A stretch of 64,000 nucleotides of DNA, from positions 1 through 64,000 of the forward strand of contig CAZWVL010000003.1 in assembly GCA_964637115.1 (NCBI GenBank), given 5' to 3'. The position numbers and the translations under genes are program-made. The stretch's first letter is position 1; the number at the start of each line of letters is the position of its first letter. Below are positions 44,899 through 53,812 of this stretch, one piece after another. The stretch is from an uncultured Methanosarcinales archaeon. GTDB lineage: Archaea; Nanobdellota; Nanobdellia; Woesearchaeales; ARS49. The notes under the pieces were generated by a model. That model was given only the letters and a program-made list of their open reading frames with translations. It made no database searches and had not been told where the DNA came from.

Positions 44899-45606
44899 AT
44901 GAGTGAAACGCTTAACCTTGCACGGCTCAAAAAAGCCTCAGACGTGTTTGAAATCGTGGTAAATCCGGACCAGGCTGTTTATTTTAGACACCATCCGGAA
45001 ACAAACATACGCGACGCGTTAGTATATCCTAAAATCTATTCAGACGTCAAAAAAGGACTTCTTGTACCAGAACAAAAACTGCGGGCGGTATTTGGCACAA
45101 TAGATCCGCTTGAGATTGCAAAACAGATAATCATCAAAGGAGACATTCAGGTTACAACAGAATACCGCCAGAGATTAATGGAACAGAAAAGAAAAAGAAT
45201 TATCGACATAGTTCACAAGCAAGGCGTAGACCCAAGAACAAACGCGCCTCATCCTTTGCAGCGCATAGAAGCAGCGCTAGAGCAATCAAGAGTAAGAATA
45301 GATGAATACAAAGCAGCAGAATTGCAAGTTCCTGAAATTTTGAAAGCATTAAGGCCGATTTTGCCAATAAAATTGGTTATGAAAGAACTAGACGTTGTTG
45401 TACCGGCAGAATACGCGCACAAAGTGCATCCAATAATCAAAGCATTCGGCAAAATACTCAAAGAAAGATGGGAATCAGACGGCAGCTGGAATGGAAAAAT
45501 CGAGATTCCGGGCGGACTTGAAACAGAATTTTACGACAAACTGAACAGCATGACACATGGCCATGCACAAACAACTCACGTTACTACGAAAGGTGAAGCA
45601 ACATGA
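44899..45606 (+). CDS. Ribosome maturation protein SBDS/Sdo1
   Basis: ARLKK....FEI.V.P, IY.D.KKG, DPRTNAPHP..RIE.A. Confidence 0.95.
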   Translation: MSETLNLARLKKASDVFEIVVNPDQAVYFRHHPETNIRDALVYPKIYSDVKKGLLVPEQKLRAVFGTIDPLEIAKQIIIKGDIQVTTEYRQRLMEQKRKRIIDIVHKQGVDPRTNAPHPLQRIEAALEQSRVRIDEYKAAELQVPEILKALRPILPIKLVMKELDVVVPAEYAHKVHPIIKAFGKILKERWESDGSWNGKIEIPGGLETEFYDKLNSMTHGHAQTTHVTTKGEAT

Positions 45607-46373
45607 AAGAAGAAATATTAGTACAAGACAAAGAAATAGTGGTTCCTGGAGAAACCATTGCCACAGGCATGAGTTTCCTACCGGGCAAAGGAGCCTATCG
45701 TGAAAACGACAAAATATTAGCCCAAAGATTAGGAATGGTAAGCGTGGAGGGCAAGGTAATCAAACTGATTCCCCTCGCAGGAAAGTACATTCCAAAGCTC
45801 AAAGATAGAATAGTCGGAAAAGTGTTTGACGTCCTGTTGAATGGATGGAGACTTGAAATAAACTCCCCATATTCAGCAGTAATGACTTTGAAAGACGCAA
45901 CTTCTGAGTTCATACCCAGAGGAGCAGACCTGACACAATACTACAGCCTTGACGAATATGTCGTGTGCCAAATTGTGAACGTCACCAGCCAAAAACTGAT
46001 AGACGTTTCCATGAAAGGACCAGGACTACGCAAGCTTAGAGGCGGAAGAATAATTGAAGTTAACTCGCAAAAAGTTCCGCGAATAATCGGCAAGGACGGT
46101 TCTATGGTAGGCATGATAAAACAAGCAACCGGCTGCAACATAATTGTCGGACAAAACGGCTGGATATGGCTTGACGGCGAACCACAAGGTGAAGTAACAG
46201 CAGTCAAGGCAATCAAAAAAATAGAAGAAGAAGCACACTTGGGCGGATTAACAGACAGAATGGCTGCATGGCTTGAAAAAGAAACGGGAGTAAAGGTAAG
46301 CCCGCAAGCAGCACCACAGGAACAACCAGCTGAAGAACCAAGTCACCAGCACCACTTTGGAGGATCACAATGA
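45603..46373 (+). CDS. rrp4: Exosome RNA-binding subunit Rrp4
   Basis: VVPGE, YIPK..D..VG.V (S1 domain), KVPRIIGK.GSM..MIK, VGQNG.IW (KH domain). Confidence 0.95.
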   Translation: MKEEILVQDKEIVVPGETIATGMSFLPGKGAYRENDKILAQRLGMVSVEGKVIKLIPLAGKYIPKLKDRIVGKVFDVLLNGWRLEINSPYSAVMTLKDATSEFIPRGADLTQYYSLDEYVVCQIVNVTSQKLIDVSMKGPGLRKLRGGRIIEVNSQKVPRIIGKDGSMVGMIKQATGCNIIVGQNGWIWLDGEPQGEVTAVKAIKKIEEEAHLGGLTDRMAAWLEKETGVKVSPQAAPQEQPAEEPSHQHHFGGSQ

Positions 46374-47068
46374 CTTACGCCAAAAGATTTGACGGAAGAG
46401 GAATGGATGAACTCAGACCAATGAGCGCAAAAGTAGGAATAATTCCAAGAGCAGACGGAAGCGCCATGTTCCAGATCGGAAAAACAATGGCATACTGCGC
46501 TGTTTACGGTCCACGCGATTTGCACCCAAAGTTCATGCAAAACCCAGAAACCGGGATTTTAAGAGTTAATTACAACATGATGCCATTCTCAGGCCACGGA
46601 GAAAGAGTAAGGCCTGGCGGCGGAAGAAGAAGCAAAGAAATCAGCATGGTAATGCAAAATGCATTATTGCCAGTATTGGATTTGAAAGACTATCCAAATG
46701 CAGTCGTTGACGTATTCGTCGAGCTGCCGCAAACAGACGCAGGAACAAGATGCGCAGCACTCTGCGCAGCAGCAATGGCACTTGCAGATGCAGGCCTTGA
46801 AATGAAAGACATGGTCTGCGCAGTTGCAACAGGACGCGTCGAGGACAAAATAGTGGTAGACCTAAACTACGATGAAGACTCACACGAAGACGGTACAGAC
46901 TTGCCTATTGCCATTCTGCCAAACTCAGGAAAAGTAACCCTGATGCAAATGGACGGCGAGATGACAAGAGAACAAGTCAACGAATGCGTCATTAAAGCAA
47001 GAGAAGCGTGCAAGAAAATCTATGAAGTGCAAAAAGCAGCACTCAAAGCACGCTTTAAGAGGCAGTAA
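46370..47068 (+). CDS. rrp41: Exosome subunit Rrp41
   Basis: R.DGR..DELRP, ADGSA, YGPR, RRSKEIS, DAGTRC, DL.Y.ED. Confidence 0.96.
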   Translation: MTYAKRFDGRGMDELRPMSAKVGIIPRADGSAMFQIGKTMAYCAVYGPRDLHPKFMQNPETGILRVNYNMMPFSGHGERVRPGGGRRSKEISMVMQNALLPVLDLKDYPNAVVDVFVELPQTDAGTRCAALCAAAMALADAGLEMKDMVCAVATGRVEDKIVVDLNYDEDSHEDGTDLPIAILPNSGKVTLMQMDGEMTREQVNECVIKAREACKKIYEVQKAALKARFKRQ

Positions 47069-47069
47069 A

Positions 47070-47846
47070 ATGAACCAAGAACTTAAAATACACCTGCTCA
47101 GAGCATTACAGAAAAACGTACGCTTTGACGGCAGAAAAAACCTCGAGTATAGGCCAATCACTGTTCAATACGGCGTATCGGCAAGCGCTGAAGGAAGCGC
47201 CATAGTAAAAATTGGCGGAACCGAAATAATGGCTGGAGTAAAGTTAGAAACAGGAAAACCCTACCCAGACACGCCAGACCAGGGAAATCTAATGGTTAAT
47301 GCGGAATTACTGCCATTGAGCAACCCGGCATTCGAATCAGGGCCTCCAGGCGAACAGGCAACTGAAATCGCCCGAGTCGTGGACAGAGCGATCAGAGAAA
47401 GCAAATCAATAGACGTGCACAAACTCGTGATTGAATCAGGAGAAAAAGTCTGGAGCGTCAGCATTGACATCTGCACCATAAATGATGAAGGAAACCTGCA
47501 GGATGCAGCATGCCTTGCAGTACTTGCAGCACTGAAAAACACCAAGATGCCTAAATTAAACGAGGACAAAGATGTCGACTATGATGCAGAGAAGACCAAA
47601 GAAGGACTTCCACTGACTAGAGAACCGGTTGAAGTCACTGTTGTCAAAGTCGGCGACCAGTTCTTGGTAGATTTGCTCTCAGAAGAAGAGAAAGCAATTG
47701 AAGCAAGATTAACGGTTGCAATCACGGAGAAAGGCACGGTCTGCGCCATGCAAAAAGGCGGAGCAACTCCTCTGTCTCCAGAAGACATAGACAAGATGAT
47801 AGAAATAGCACAAAAACTTGCGCCATCGTTGCGCAAGGCACTATAA
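47070..47846 (+). CDS. rrp42: Exosome subunit Rrp42
   Basis: RFDGRK..EYR, AEGSA.VK.G.T, PYPDTP..G, FESGPPGE..E.ARVVDR.IRES. Confidence 0.96.
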   Translation: MNQELKIHLLRALQKNVRFDGRKNLEYRPITVQYGVSASAEGSAIVKIGGTEIMAGVKLETGKPYPDTPDQGNLMVNAELLPLSNPAFESGPPGEQATEIARVVDRAIRESKSIDVHKLVIESGEKVWSVSIDICTINDEGNLQDAACLAVLAALKNTKMPKLNEDKDVDYDAEKTKEGLPLTREPVEVTVVKVGDQFLVDLLSEEEKAIEARLTVAITEKGTVCAMQKGGATPLSPEDIDKMIEIAQKLAPSLRKAL

Positions 47847-47856
47847 GGTGGTGGCA

Positions 47857-48078
47857 ATGGAAAAACATACAAAATACGAAATCGCACGAATGATAGGAAG
47901 CAGAGCACTGCAAATCAGCATGGGAGCACCATTCTTGGTAAAAATGACTGAGAAAGACCTCGAAGCAATCGGATTCAATCCAATCGAGATTGCCAAAAGA
48001 GAATACGAACAAGGCGTACTGCCAATCACTGTTCGCAGGCCTCTTCCAAAACGCGCAGAAAAAGCAGCTGCAGCGTAA
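47857..48078 (+). CDS. rpoK: DNA-directed RNA polymerase subunit K (Rpo6)
   Basis: TKYE.ARMIG.RALQISMGAP ... IA..E....LP.TV.R. Confidence 0.95.
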   Translation: MEKHTKYEIARMIGSRALQISMGAPFLVKMTEKDLEAIGFNPIEIAKREYEQGVLPITVRRPLPKRAEKAAAA

Positions 48079-48092
48079 ATTTTTTATTTTTT

Positions 48093-48144
48093 CCTCGAAA
48101 ATGCAAAGCATTTTCGATGGTCATCAAAAACCTACGTTTTTGAG
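48093..48144. repeat. Back-to-back doublet of CATC...GAG-tagged palindromes
   Basis: CCTC-GAAAATGC-aaa-GCATTTTC-GATG-gt-CATC-AAAAAC-ctac-GTTTTT-GAG. Confidence 0.8.
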
Positions 48145-48146
48145 AT

Positions 48147-48422
48147 ATGAATACGATAACTGATGAAAAACTGGACAAGTACTTCGACATTACTTCTCGG
48201 GCGCTGAAAAAAGTAAAAATAGTTACAGAGCACAAAAAACAAGCAGAAGACGCTTTGGATATGGCAAGACGCTATTTCTCAGACGCGCAGCACTTTCGTG
48301 CAAAAGGCGACTACATCAACGCTTTTGCAGCAGTAAATTATGCCCACGGATGGTTGGATGCTGGTGCAAGATTGGGGTTATTTGACGTCGGGCACGATTC
48401 AGAGTTGTTTACGGTGGATTAA
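48147..48422 (+). CDS. DUF357 protein
   Basis: MA..Y.SDA.HF...GD..NAFAA.NYAHGWLDAGARLG. Confidence 0.9.
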   Translation: MNTITDEKLDKYFDITSRALKKVKIVTEHKKQAEDALDMARRYFSDAQHFRAKGDYINAFAAVNYAHGWLDAGARLGLFDVGHDSELFTVD

Positions 48423-48450
48423 GCTGTCGTATCTTCTGGACTGGAATCGG

Positions 48451-48993
48451 CTAACTCGCCTTTCTGTGCGTGCCATCTTCTGGACTTGCATCAGCTGACT
48501 CTTCTGGACTTGAGTCAACTTCCTCTCCCTTCTGTGCGTAATAGTTTGCACGGGCAGAAAAGTATGCGGATAAATCCGAAGATTTCATTGCCACAAGACA
48601 ATCCTTTTCGGGAACGAATTTAATATAAGAAGGTGATTCTTCAGGTTTGAATTTTGACAGGTGTTTTTCGGGCAAGTGCAAGTATGTTTCAACAACAACA
48701 CGTTTGCCATTCAGCCAATAACCGAGATCAATTCTTCTCTCCCATTCCATGCCCATTGACACCCAGCGATATATCTTTGCAGGGTCGCATTTGGGATTTA
48801 TTCTTTCAGCATCGTTAAGCAAACGGTTGGCCACATTGCGCATGCCACGAGCAGTGCCCAGCAATATAAGTTCCATGCTTCCATGATCAAAATTCCTTAT
48901 GAAAATCTCATTATCAGGCAGATGTGCAGTGGCATTTCTAGGAATATACAAAGTATTCTTTCCCAGCAACATACCTGTGTAAAATTCTTGCAT
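48451..48993 (-). CDS. Hypothetical protein with apparently frameshifted C-terminal repeat
   Basis: 180-aa ORF; repeat unit AQKGE..DSSPE continues out of frame to a TAA at 48419-48421. Confidence 0.65.
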   Translation of the reverse strand: MQEFYTGMLLGKNTLYIPRNATAHLPDNEIFIRNFDHGSMELILLGTARGMRNVANRLLNDAERINPKCDPAKIYRWVSMGMEWERRIDLGYWLNGKRVVVETYLHLPEKHLSKFKPEESPSYIKFVPEKDCLVAMKSSDLSAYFSARANYYAQKGEEVDSSPEESADASPEDGTHRKAS

Positions 48994-49089
48994 GATGGTA
49001 GTTCTTATGTTTCAACTTAAAAACCTTTCTTTTTTGCCCCCTTGGAGTGGTTAAACTCTCTTATATAGGATTACTTTTAAAGATAAAGT

Positions 49090-49635
49090 ATGCGGCCGAT
49101 AGTAAAGGAAGACATTCTTGCAGTTCTGAAACAAGTAATTGATGCACTGAAAAAAGAAGACTACTCGGCACTTTCAGAACTAAGTAACCACACAATACAC
49201 GATGCGAGCATCTTCCAGGAAGACGACCCGTTGACATTGGCAGTGCTCATTTACTCATTATCGAAATGCATACAGCGCTGCATTGAGCGCAGACAGGCAT
49301 GCCCTGCAGTAATTCCTTCACTGCAAAAGGCACACGAAGCACTTTCAAATGACGATGACAACGCGTATAGGGCGGCCATCAAAAATTTGCTTAGAGAAAT
49401 CGGCGAAATGGACGCGCAGCTCAAATTATACATACAAGAAGTGGTTGAGAAAGCCAAAATAAAAAAAGCAAGCAAACTATACGAGCACGGAATTTCCATA
49501 GCAAGAACAGCAGAATTATTAGGAATCAGCCAGTGGGAGCTGCAAAATTACATCGGAAAAACAGTCACTGATGTACCGCACGACGGAATAAAAGTAGGAG
49601 AACGCTTGCGGCGAGCACGGGAGCTGTTCCGATGA
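49090..49635 (+). CDS. Helical protein with C-terminal UPF0175-like HTH (putative antitoxin)
   Basis: LYEHGISIARTAELLGISQWEL; ATGA overlap with the PIN gene. Confidence 0.65.
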   Translation: MRPIVKEDILAVLKQVIDALKKEDYSALSELSNHTIHDASIFQEDDPLTLAVLIYSLSKCIQRCIERRQACPAVIPSLQKAHEALSNDDDNAYRAAIKNLLREIGEMDAQLKLYIQEVVEKAKIKKASKLYEHGISIARTAELLGISQWELQNYIGKTVTDVPHDGIKVGERLRRARELFR

Positions 49636-50321
49636 AGACGTTAATCTTTGATTCAGGCCCGATAATCAGTCTATCAACAAGCAATTTACTCTGGCTGCTA
49701 GAAGTACTCAAGAAAAAATTCAACGGCAGTTTTGCAATGACTGAAGGAGTAAAAAGAGAGCTCGTTGACCGACCATTGGAAACACTGCGTTTTAAATTTG
49801 AAGCACTGCAAGTGCAGAGCCTAATAGAAAAAAGAGTTTTAGACGTCATCAAGGATGAAGCAGTAAAGAAAAAAGCTCATGAGCTGCTTACTTTAGCAAA
49901 TTCAATATTATCAGCACACGGACAAAATATCAAAATAGTGCAGACAGGCGAAATGGAAACACTTGCTGCAGCACTTTTGTACAAAGCAGAAACAATTGTT
50001 ATAGATGAACGAATAACCAGAACTTTGCTTGAGAATCCAAAAGGACTTCAATTGTTGATGGAAAAAAGACTCCACATGCAATTAAAGCTGAATGAAAGAG
50101 CGCTGAGTGAATTTGAAACGCAAACAAGGCAGGTAGTAGTCATTAGAAGCATAGAACTTGTCACAATTGCCTATGAACTTGGAATGCTTGATAATCTCGT
50201 TGTAGGCATACCAAATGCCAGACGCGAATTAATCGAAAGCATACTTTGGAGCGTAAAACTCAATGGCTGTTCAGTCACGGAAGACGAAATAAACACGATA
50301 GTCAGGGCGGAAAAGTTGTAA
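49632..50321 (+). CDS. PIN-domain protein (DUF3368-like)
   Basis: LIFDSGPIISL, V..EL, GE.E..A, IDER. Confidence 0.7.
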   Translation: MKTLIFDSGPIISLSTSNLLWLLEVLKKKFNGSFAMTEGVKRELVDRPLETLRFKFEALQVQSLIEKRVLDVIKDEAVKKKAHELLTLANSILSAHGQNIKIVQTGEMETLAAALLYKAETIVIDERITRTLLENPKGLQLLMEKRLHMQLKLNERALSEFETQTRQVVVIRSIELVTIAYELGMLDNLVVGIPNARRELIESILWSVKLNGCSVTEDEINTIVRAEKL

Positions 50322-50461
50322 AGTACTTACACAAAGTTTATAAGCAACTTCTGCGTGAATTTATTAAAATTTAAAAAAGGGTCTGAGAATAAGAGACAAA
50401 TGTTCAATTCTGGCGTTCTTTCTTCGCAGACGTACGTATCTGCAACGATGGTGATGTTTTA

Positions 50462-51109
50462 ATGGATTTCAAAGCAAAAGGCTTGGTCATTGGCTGTCCA
50501 CTGCCGCGAAGCTTCTTTGAAGCAACTGGGACTGGTGAAAGCGACCACCAAATACACGCTGGCAGCTATCATTACGCCATGCAGGCAGCAGGTGTTGAAC
50601 GGGCAAATTTAATTCCATACACCAGCATTCTCCCTTCCATTGCACGCAAGATAACTGTTCAGGAAGGCATGGCGCGCATCCAACACGGCGCAGAAATGAA
50701 AGTCATCCAAGCAGCAGCACATGTTGACATTGCTGCTGGGCAAAAAAGAGCAACTGCCGCCATTCTGTACGGTTGGTTGCGACCAAAAAACGACAAAACA
50801 GCACCACACGCCGGCGGCTTAGTATGCGAGTACAACGGTGATGGAACCGCAGAAGAAGCTTACCAAAACCTTTACGCCTGCTTACAGGGATTGTTCAATA
50901 ATCCTGACAGAAACGGCTACGTCTTCGCAGACCATTACATGCTTGATGTTCAGCCAATGCTCTCAGCAACAATTGAACCAAAGAAACGGTTCGGCACTGC
51001 ATTGTGCGCGCTTGCATTTGTAGACTACTTAATACCTGTTCTTGCCCACAATCTGAATGGAAAAGTAGTCGAGCTCGCCCAGACTGTAATGGTACAACGC
51101 GGCGTTTAA
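50462..51109 (+). CDS. pdaD: Pyruvoyl-dependent arginine decarboxylase
   Basis: GESD..IHAGSYH.A...AG.E..NL.PYTSILP (self-cleavage site), HGAE, GGLVCEY. Confidence 0.8.
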   Translation: MDFKAKGLVIGCPLPRSFFEATGTGESDHQIHAGSYHYAMQAAGVERANLIPYTSILPSIARKITVQEGMARIQHGAEMKVIQAAAHVDIAAGQKRATAAILYGWLRPKNDKTAPHAGGLVCEYNGDGTAEEAYQNLYACLQGLFNNPDRNGYVFADHYMLDVQPMLSATIEPKKRFGTALCALAFVDYLIPVLAHNLNGKVVELAQTVMVQRGV

Positions 51110-51603
51110 AGCTTCTCCATCGACAATTTAAACCACGGCGTATAATTCTGCGCATTCTTTTTGATGTCTTCCCTAAGCTCTTTCATAGAAATCCATTTCC
51201 AATTATTAGCTTCCTCTGGATTCAATTTTGGAACACCGTCATAAATGCCTTTGTAAACGTGCAAGAACTCGTGTTCGTGCATTCCCTTGTCAAGTGGCAC
51301 TTTGTAAATATAATCGAGCATCTTAGTCAAAGAACATTCAAAACCCATCTCTTCACGCAAACGGCGCTTCATGGCAGCCATTAAATCTTCTCCAGGCCTT
51401 GGATGGCCGCAGCACGCGTTTGTCCACAAGCCGCCGCCATGATATTTTGTCTTTGCTCTTAACTGCAGCATCATATCGCCTTTCGTGTTGTAAATAAGAA
51501 TTGAGAATGCGCGGTGAAGTTTTGCAAGACGATGCGTTTCCAGCTTTTCACCTATGCCGATCTGATTATCCTTCTCGTCCACCAAAATAACGTGCTCAAT
51601 CAT
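51106..51603 (-). CDS. idi: Isopentenyl-diphosphate delta-isomerase, type 1 (Nudix)
   Basis: ILVDE.D..IG..EKL..H....[28 protein letters not shown]. Confidence 0.93.
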   Translation of the reverse strand: MIEHVILVDEKDNQIGIGEKLETHRLAKLHRAFSILIYNTKGDMMLQLRAKTKYHGGGLWTNACCGHPRPGEDLMAAMKRRLREEMGFECSLTKMLDYIYKVPLDKGMHEHEFLHVYKGIYDGVPKLNPEEANNWKWISMKELREDIKKNAQNYTPWFKLSMEKL

Positions 51604-52583
51604 TTTGCGAACGCCTTAGCAACAATCAACGGGAATAAAATAGTTACGTCTCCAAACACCTTGACGCTTCTCGCTTTTGGCAGGATTTTGCCCCAGCTGA
51701 CAGCTTCATCAGGACGTGCGCCACTGTCAGAACCGTCAAACTCCTGCGCGTTGTTGATGTAAACAGCGTAATCGCAGCCGTTTCTCATCATATTAGTGTT
51801 CAAAATGTGGTGTTTTACGACTCCGCTGCCAAGAATAATCAAGCCAGTTTTCTTTGCTTCAAACGTCAAATCGTTTAATCTCTTCATATCTCTTGCAATG
51901 TCAACAGCAAAGTCCGGATTTTTGAAGTTGAAAAAGTAAATCATGTCGCCCATACTTCCATCTGTAATTGCCGGGCAGAAAACAGGAATGTTGTTCTTAT
52001 GACACCAGTAATAAATTGATTCTTTGTTGTCAATTTCCTTGCCTAACCTGTCAACAAACTCGGATGGTGTGATTATTTTGCCGGTTTTCCGCTGCTCATC
52101 AGCCATTTTTTGCAATATTGGTGTCAGGAAATCCTCAAACTTGCAGTATCTGCTGTTTGGCACAAAAATATTGCCAGTCCTGTTGATTCCGCGTTTTCGC
52201 AAATCAGCGCCAGATGCTTCAAAATCGCCCAAAATAAAAGGTTCAATGCACTTGATAATGTCCTCTTCAACTCCGCCGGCAGTTGTTACTATAATGTCAA
52301 CCATTTTGTGCTCGGCAAGATAGCGGAAAACGTCTCTTAAGCCGGACGTGACCATGTTGGAAGTGTAGCCTAAGTAAATCGTGCACTTGTCCTTGCGCAT
52401 CTCCTTGATGAGCTCAATCGCCTTTGCTAAATGAGTTGCTTGGAAGCCGGTTGTTTGGAATGAATCAAGAATCTTGTCGTAGTCTACGCCCTGATTAAAA
52501 TCGTATCCCTGAATAGGTAAACCCTTCGGCTCATCGCTTTCGCGGAGCACGTTTTCATGTCCTTTTTTTAGTTTATCAGTCAT
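51600..52583 (-). CDS. dys: Deoxyhypusine synthase
   Basis: [42 protein letters not shown]. Confidence 0.96.
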   Translation of the reverse strand: MTDKLKKGHENVLRESDEPKGLPIQGYDFNQGVDYDKILDSFQTTGFQATHLAKAIELIKEMRKDKCTIYLGYTSNMVTSGLRDVFRYLAEHKMVDIIVTTAGGVEEDIIKCIEPFILGDFEASGADLRKRGINRTGNIFVPNSRYCKFEDFLTPILQKMADEQRKTGKIITPSEFVDRLGKEIDNKESIYYWCHKNNIPVFCPAITDGSMGDMIYFFNFKNPDFAVDIARDMKRLNDLTFEAKKTGLIILGSGVVKHHILNTNMMRNGCDYAVYINNAQEFDGSDSGARPDEAVSWGKILPKARSVKVFGDVTILFPLIVAKAFAK

Positions 52584-52668
52584 AGAGAAAGAACTAGTAA
52601 GAAGCGATTTATGAACGACTTCTAACCGATTCCATACCGGCTGATTCGTATACTGCAGTATATAAATC

Positions 52669-52806
52669 TTATGGCAGTAATAGAGCCAGCAAGCCGGTCA
52701 GGATAAAGTACAAGCCGATAATCCAGCGGATCATTCCTGGAAATGCTATTACCAAAATACCAAATACGATGCTGATTATGGCTAAAACCACTTTTGCGGA
52801 TACCAT
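52669..52806 (-). CDS. Small two-TM protein (45 aa, DUF3096-like), in a different frame from the ORF-track call
   Basis: Hand translation [45 protein letters not shown]; strong GGAGGTGA SD. Confidence 0.75.
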   Translation of the reverse strand: MVSAKVVLAIISIVFGILVIAFPGMIRWIIGLYFILTGLLALLLP

Positions 52807-52817
52807 GTGTCACCTCC

Positions 52818-53240
52818 TTACTTTTTTTCTTTGAAATCTAAAGCTAGCGAGTTAATGCAATATCTTTTGCCGGTCGGCTTTGGGCCGTCGTCAAACAAGT
52901 GCCCAAGATGTCCTTTACATTTCTTACAGACAACCTCAATACGGCGCATTCCTTCACTGAGATCTTCTTTTAACTCAACCGAGTCGCTCTTTTCAACGTC
53001 ATAAAAACTCGGCCAGCCAGTGCCGGACTCAAATTTCGTGCCAGAAGGGAATAATTCATTTCCGCAAGCTGCGCACACAAACATTCCTTTTCGTTTCTCG
53101 TGCAGCAGTTTTCCAGTGCCGGGAAATTCGGTCTGCTTCATGCGCAAAATGCGATATTGTTCTGGTGTCAGACAAGTCTTCCATTCTTTTTCTGATTTCT
53201 TTTCCACGAATATTTCATTGTTGGCAACCTTTAAATACAT
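52818..53240 (-). CDS. msrB: Peptide methionine sulfoxide reductase MsrB
   Basis: LTPEQY..., C..C...LF....KFESGTGWPSF, R.EV.C..C.GHLGHLFDDGP.PTG.RYCINS. Confidence 0.95.
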   Translation of the reverse strand: MYLKVANNEIFVEKKSEKEWKTCLTPEQYRILRMKQTEFPGTGKLLHEKRKGMFVCAACGNELFPSGTKFESGTGWPSFYDVEKSDSVELKEDLSEGMRRIEVVCKKCKGHLGHLFDDGPKPTGKRYCINSLALDFKEKK

Positions 53241-53259
53241 AACGCTTTGCCTTTATGAT

Positions 53260-53571
53260 ATGATACAATATAAGCAAAGATGCGCAATGTGCAAAAAGAA
53301 CATGGTGCTCATCACGGGCAGAAATCAATTCCCAATCTGCTATGATTGCCAGAAAAAAGAACTTTCAGGCGAAATAAAAGATCCGAAAATGAAAAAAATG
53401 TTTAACATTCCAGAAGAATATTACAAACAAAACGGTTTCTTAAGAGCAATAAAATCAAACTATCTCAAATTCGGCAAGCTAACAGACAAACAAATAGATG
53501 CGTTCAAAAAGACGGTGAAAGAGATGAAGGAAAAATGCGACTCCCCAAGCGATACGGACAGAGCCAGATAG
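53260..53571 (+). CDS. Small zinc-finger protein
   Basis: CAMC ... CYDC; start set to ATG 53260. Confidence 0.75.
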   Translation: MIQYKQRCAMCKKNMVLITGRNQFPICYDCQKKELSGEIKDPKMKKMFNIPEEYYKQNGFLRAIKSNYLKFGKLTDKQIDAFKKTVKEMKEKCDSPSDTDRAR

Positions 53572-53783
53572 CGAAATGCCCATTCTGCGGACAGCAAGCG
53601 ACAAGCACCAATTTACAAAAAGTACCGGTTTGCCTGAAGCACAAAGAAGCGTCGTTACAGAACTTAAAATGTGCGTGCGGAAGCTACCTTGATATGAAAA
53701 CGGGCAAATGGGGGCCATTCTTCATCTGCATCAACTGCGGGCCAATCAATATGAGGAAAGCGTTGGAAGTAAACCAGCTGTAA
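53535..53783 (+). CDS. Small multi-Cys/His zinc-binding protein
   Basis: CPFC..C..H..C.CG..GKWG.FF.C..CG. Confidence 0.75.
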   Translation: MRLPKRYGQSQIAKCPFCGQQATSTNLQKVPVCLKHKEASLQNLKCACGSYLDMKTGKWGPFFICINCGPINMRKALEVNQL

Positions 53784-53812
53784 TCATTTCTTGTTGTTGC
53801 ACAACAATCCCA

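Noticed and set aside
50422-50450. Hairpin GCAGA-cgtacgta-TCTGC followed by GATG upstream of pdaD
   Set aside because: Only a 5-bp stem, and the CATC tag is offset by 3 nt; too weak to include in the palindrome family or to call a riboswitch
52622-52813. ORF-track 63-aa call MTHGIRKS...
   Set aside because: The overlapping frame 52669-52806 has a properly spaced GGAGGTGA SD and a coherent two-TM sequence
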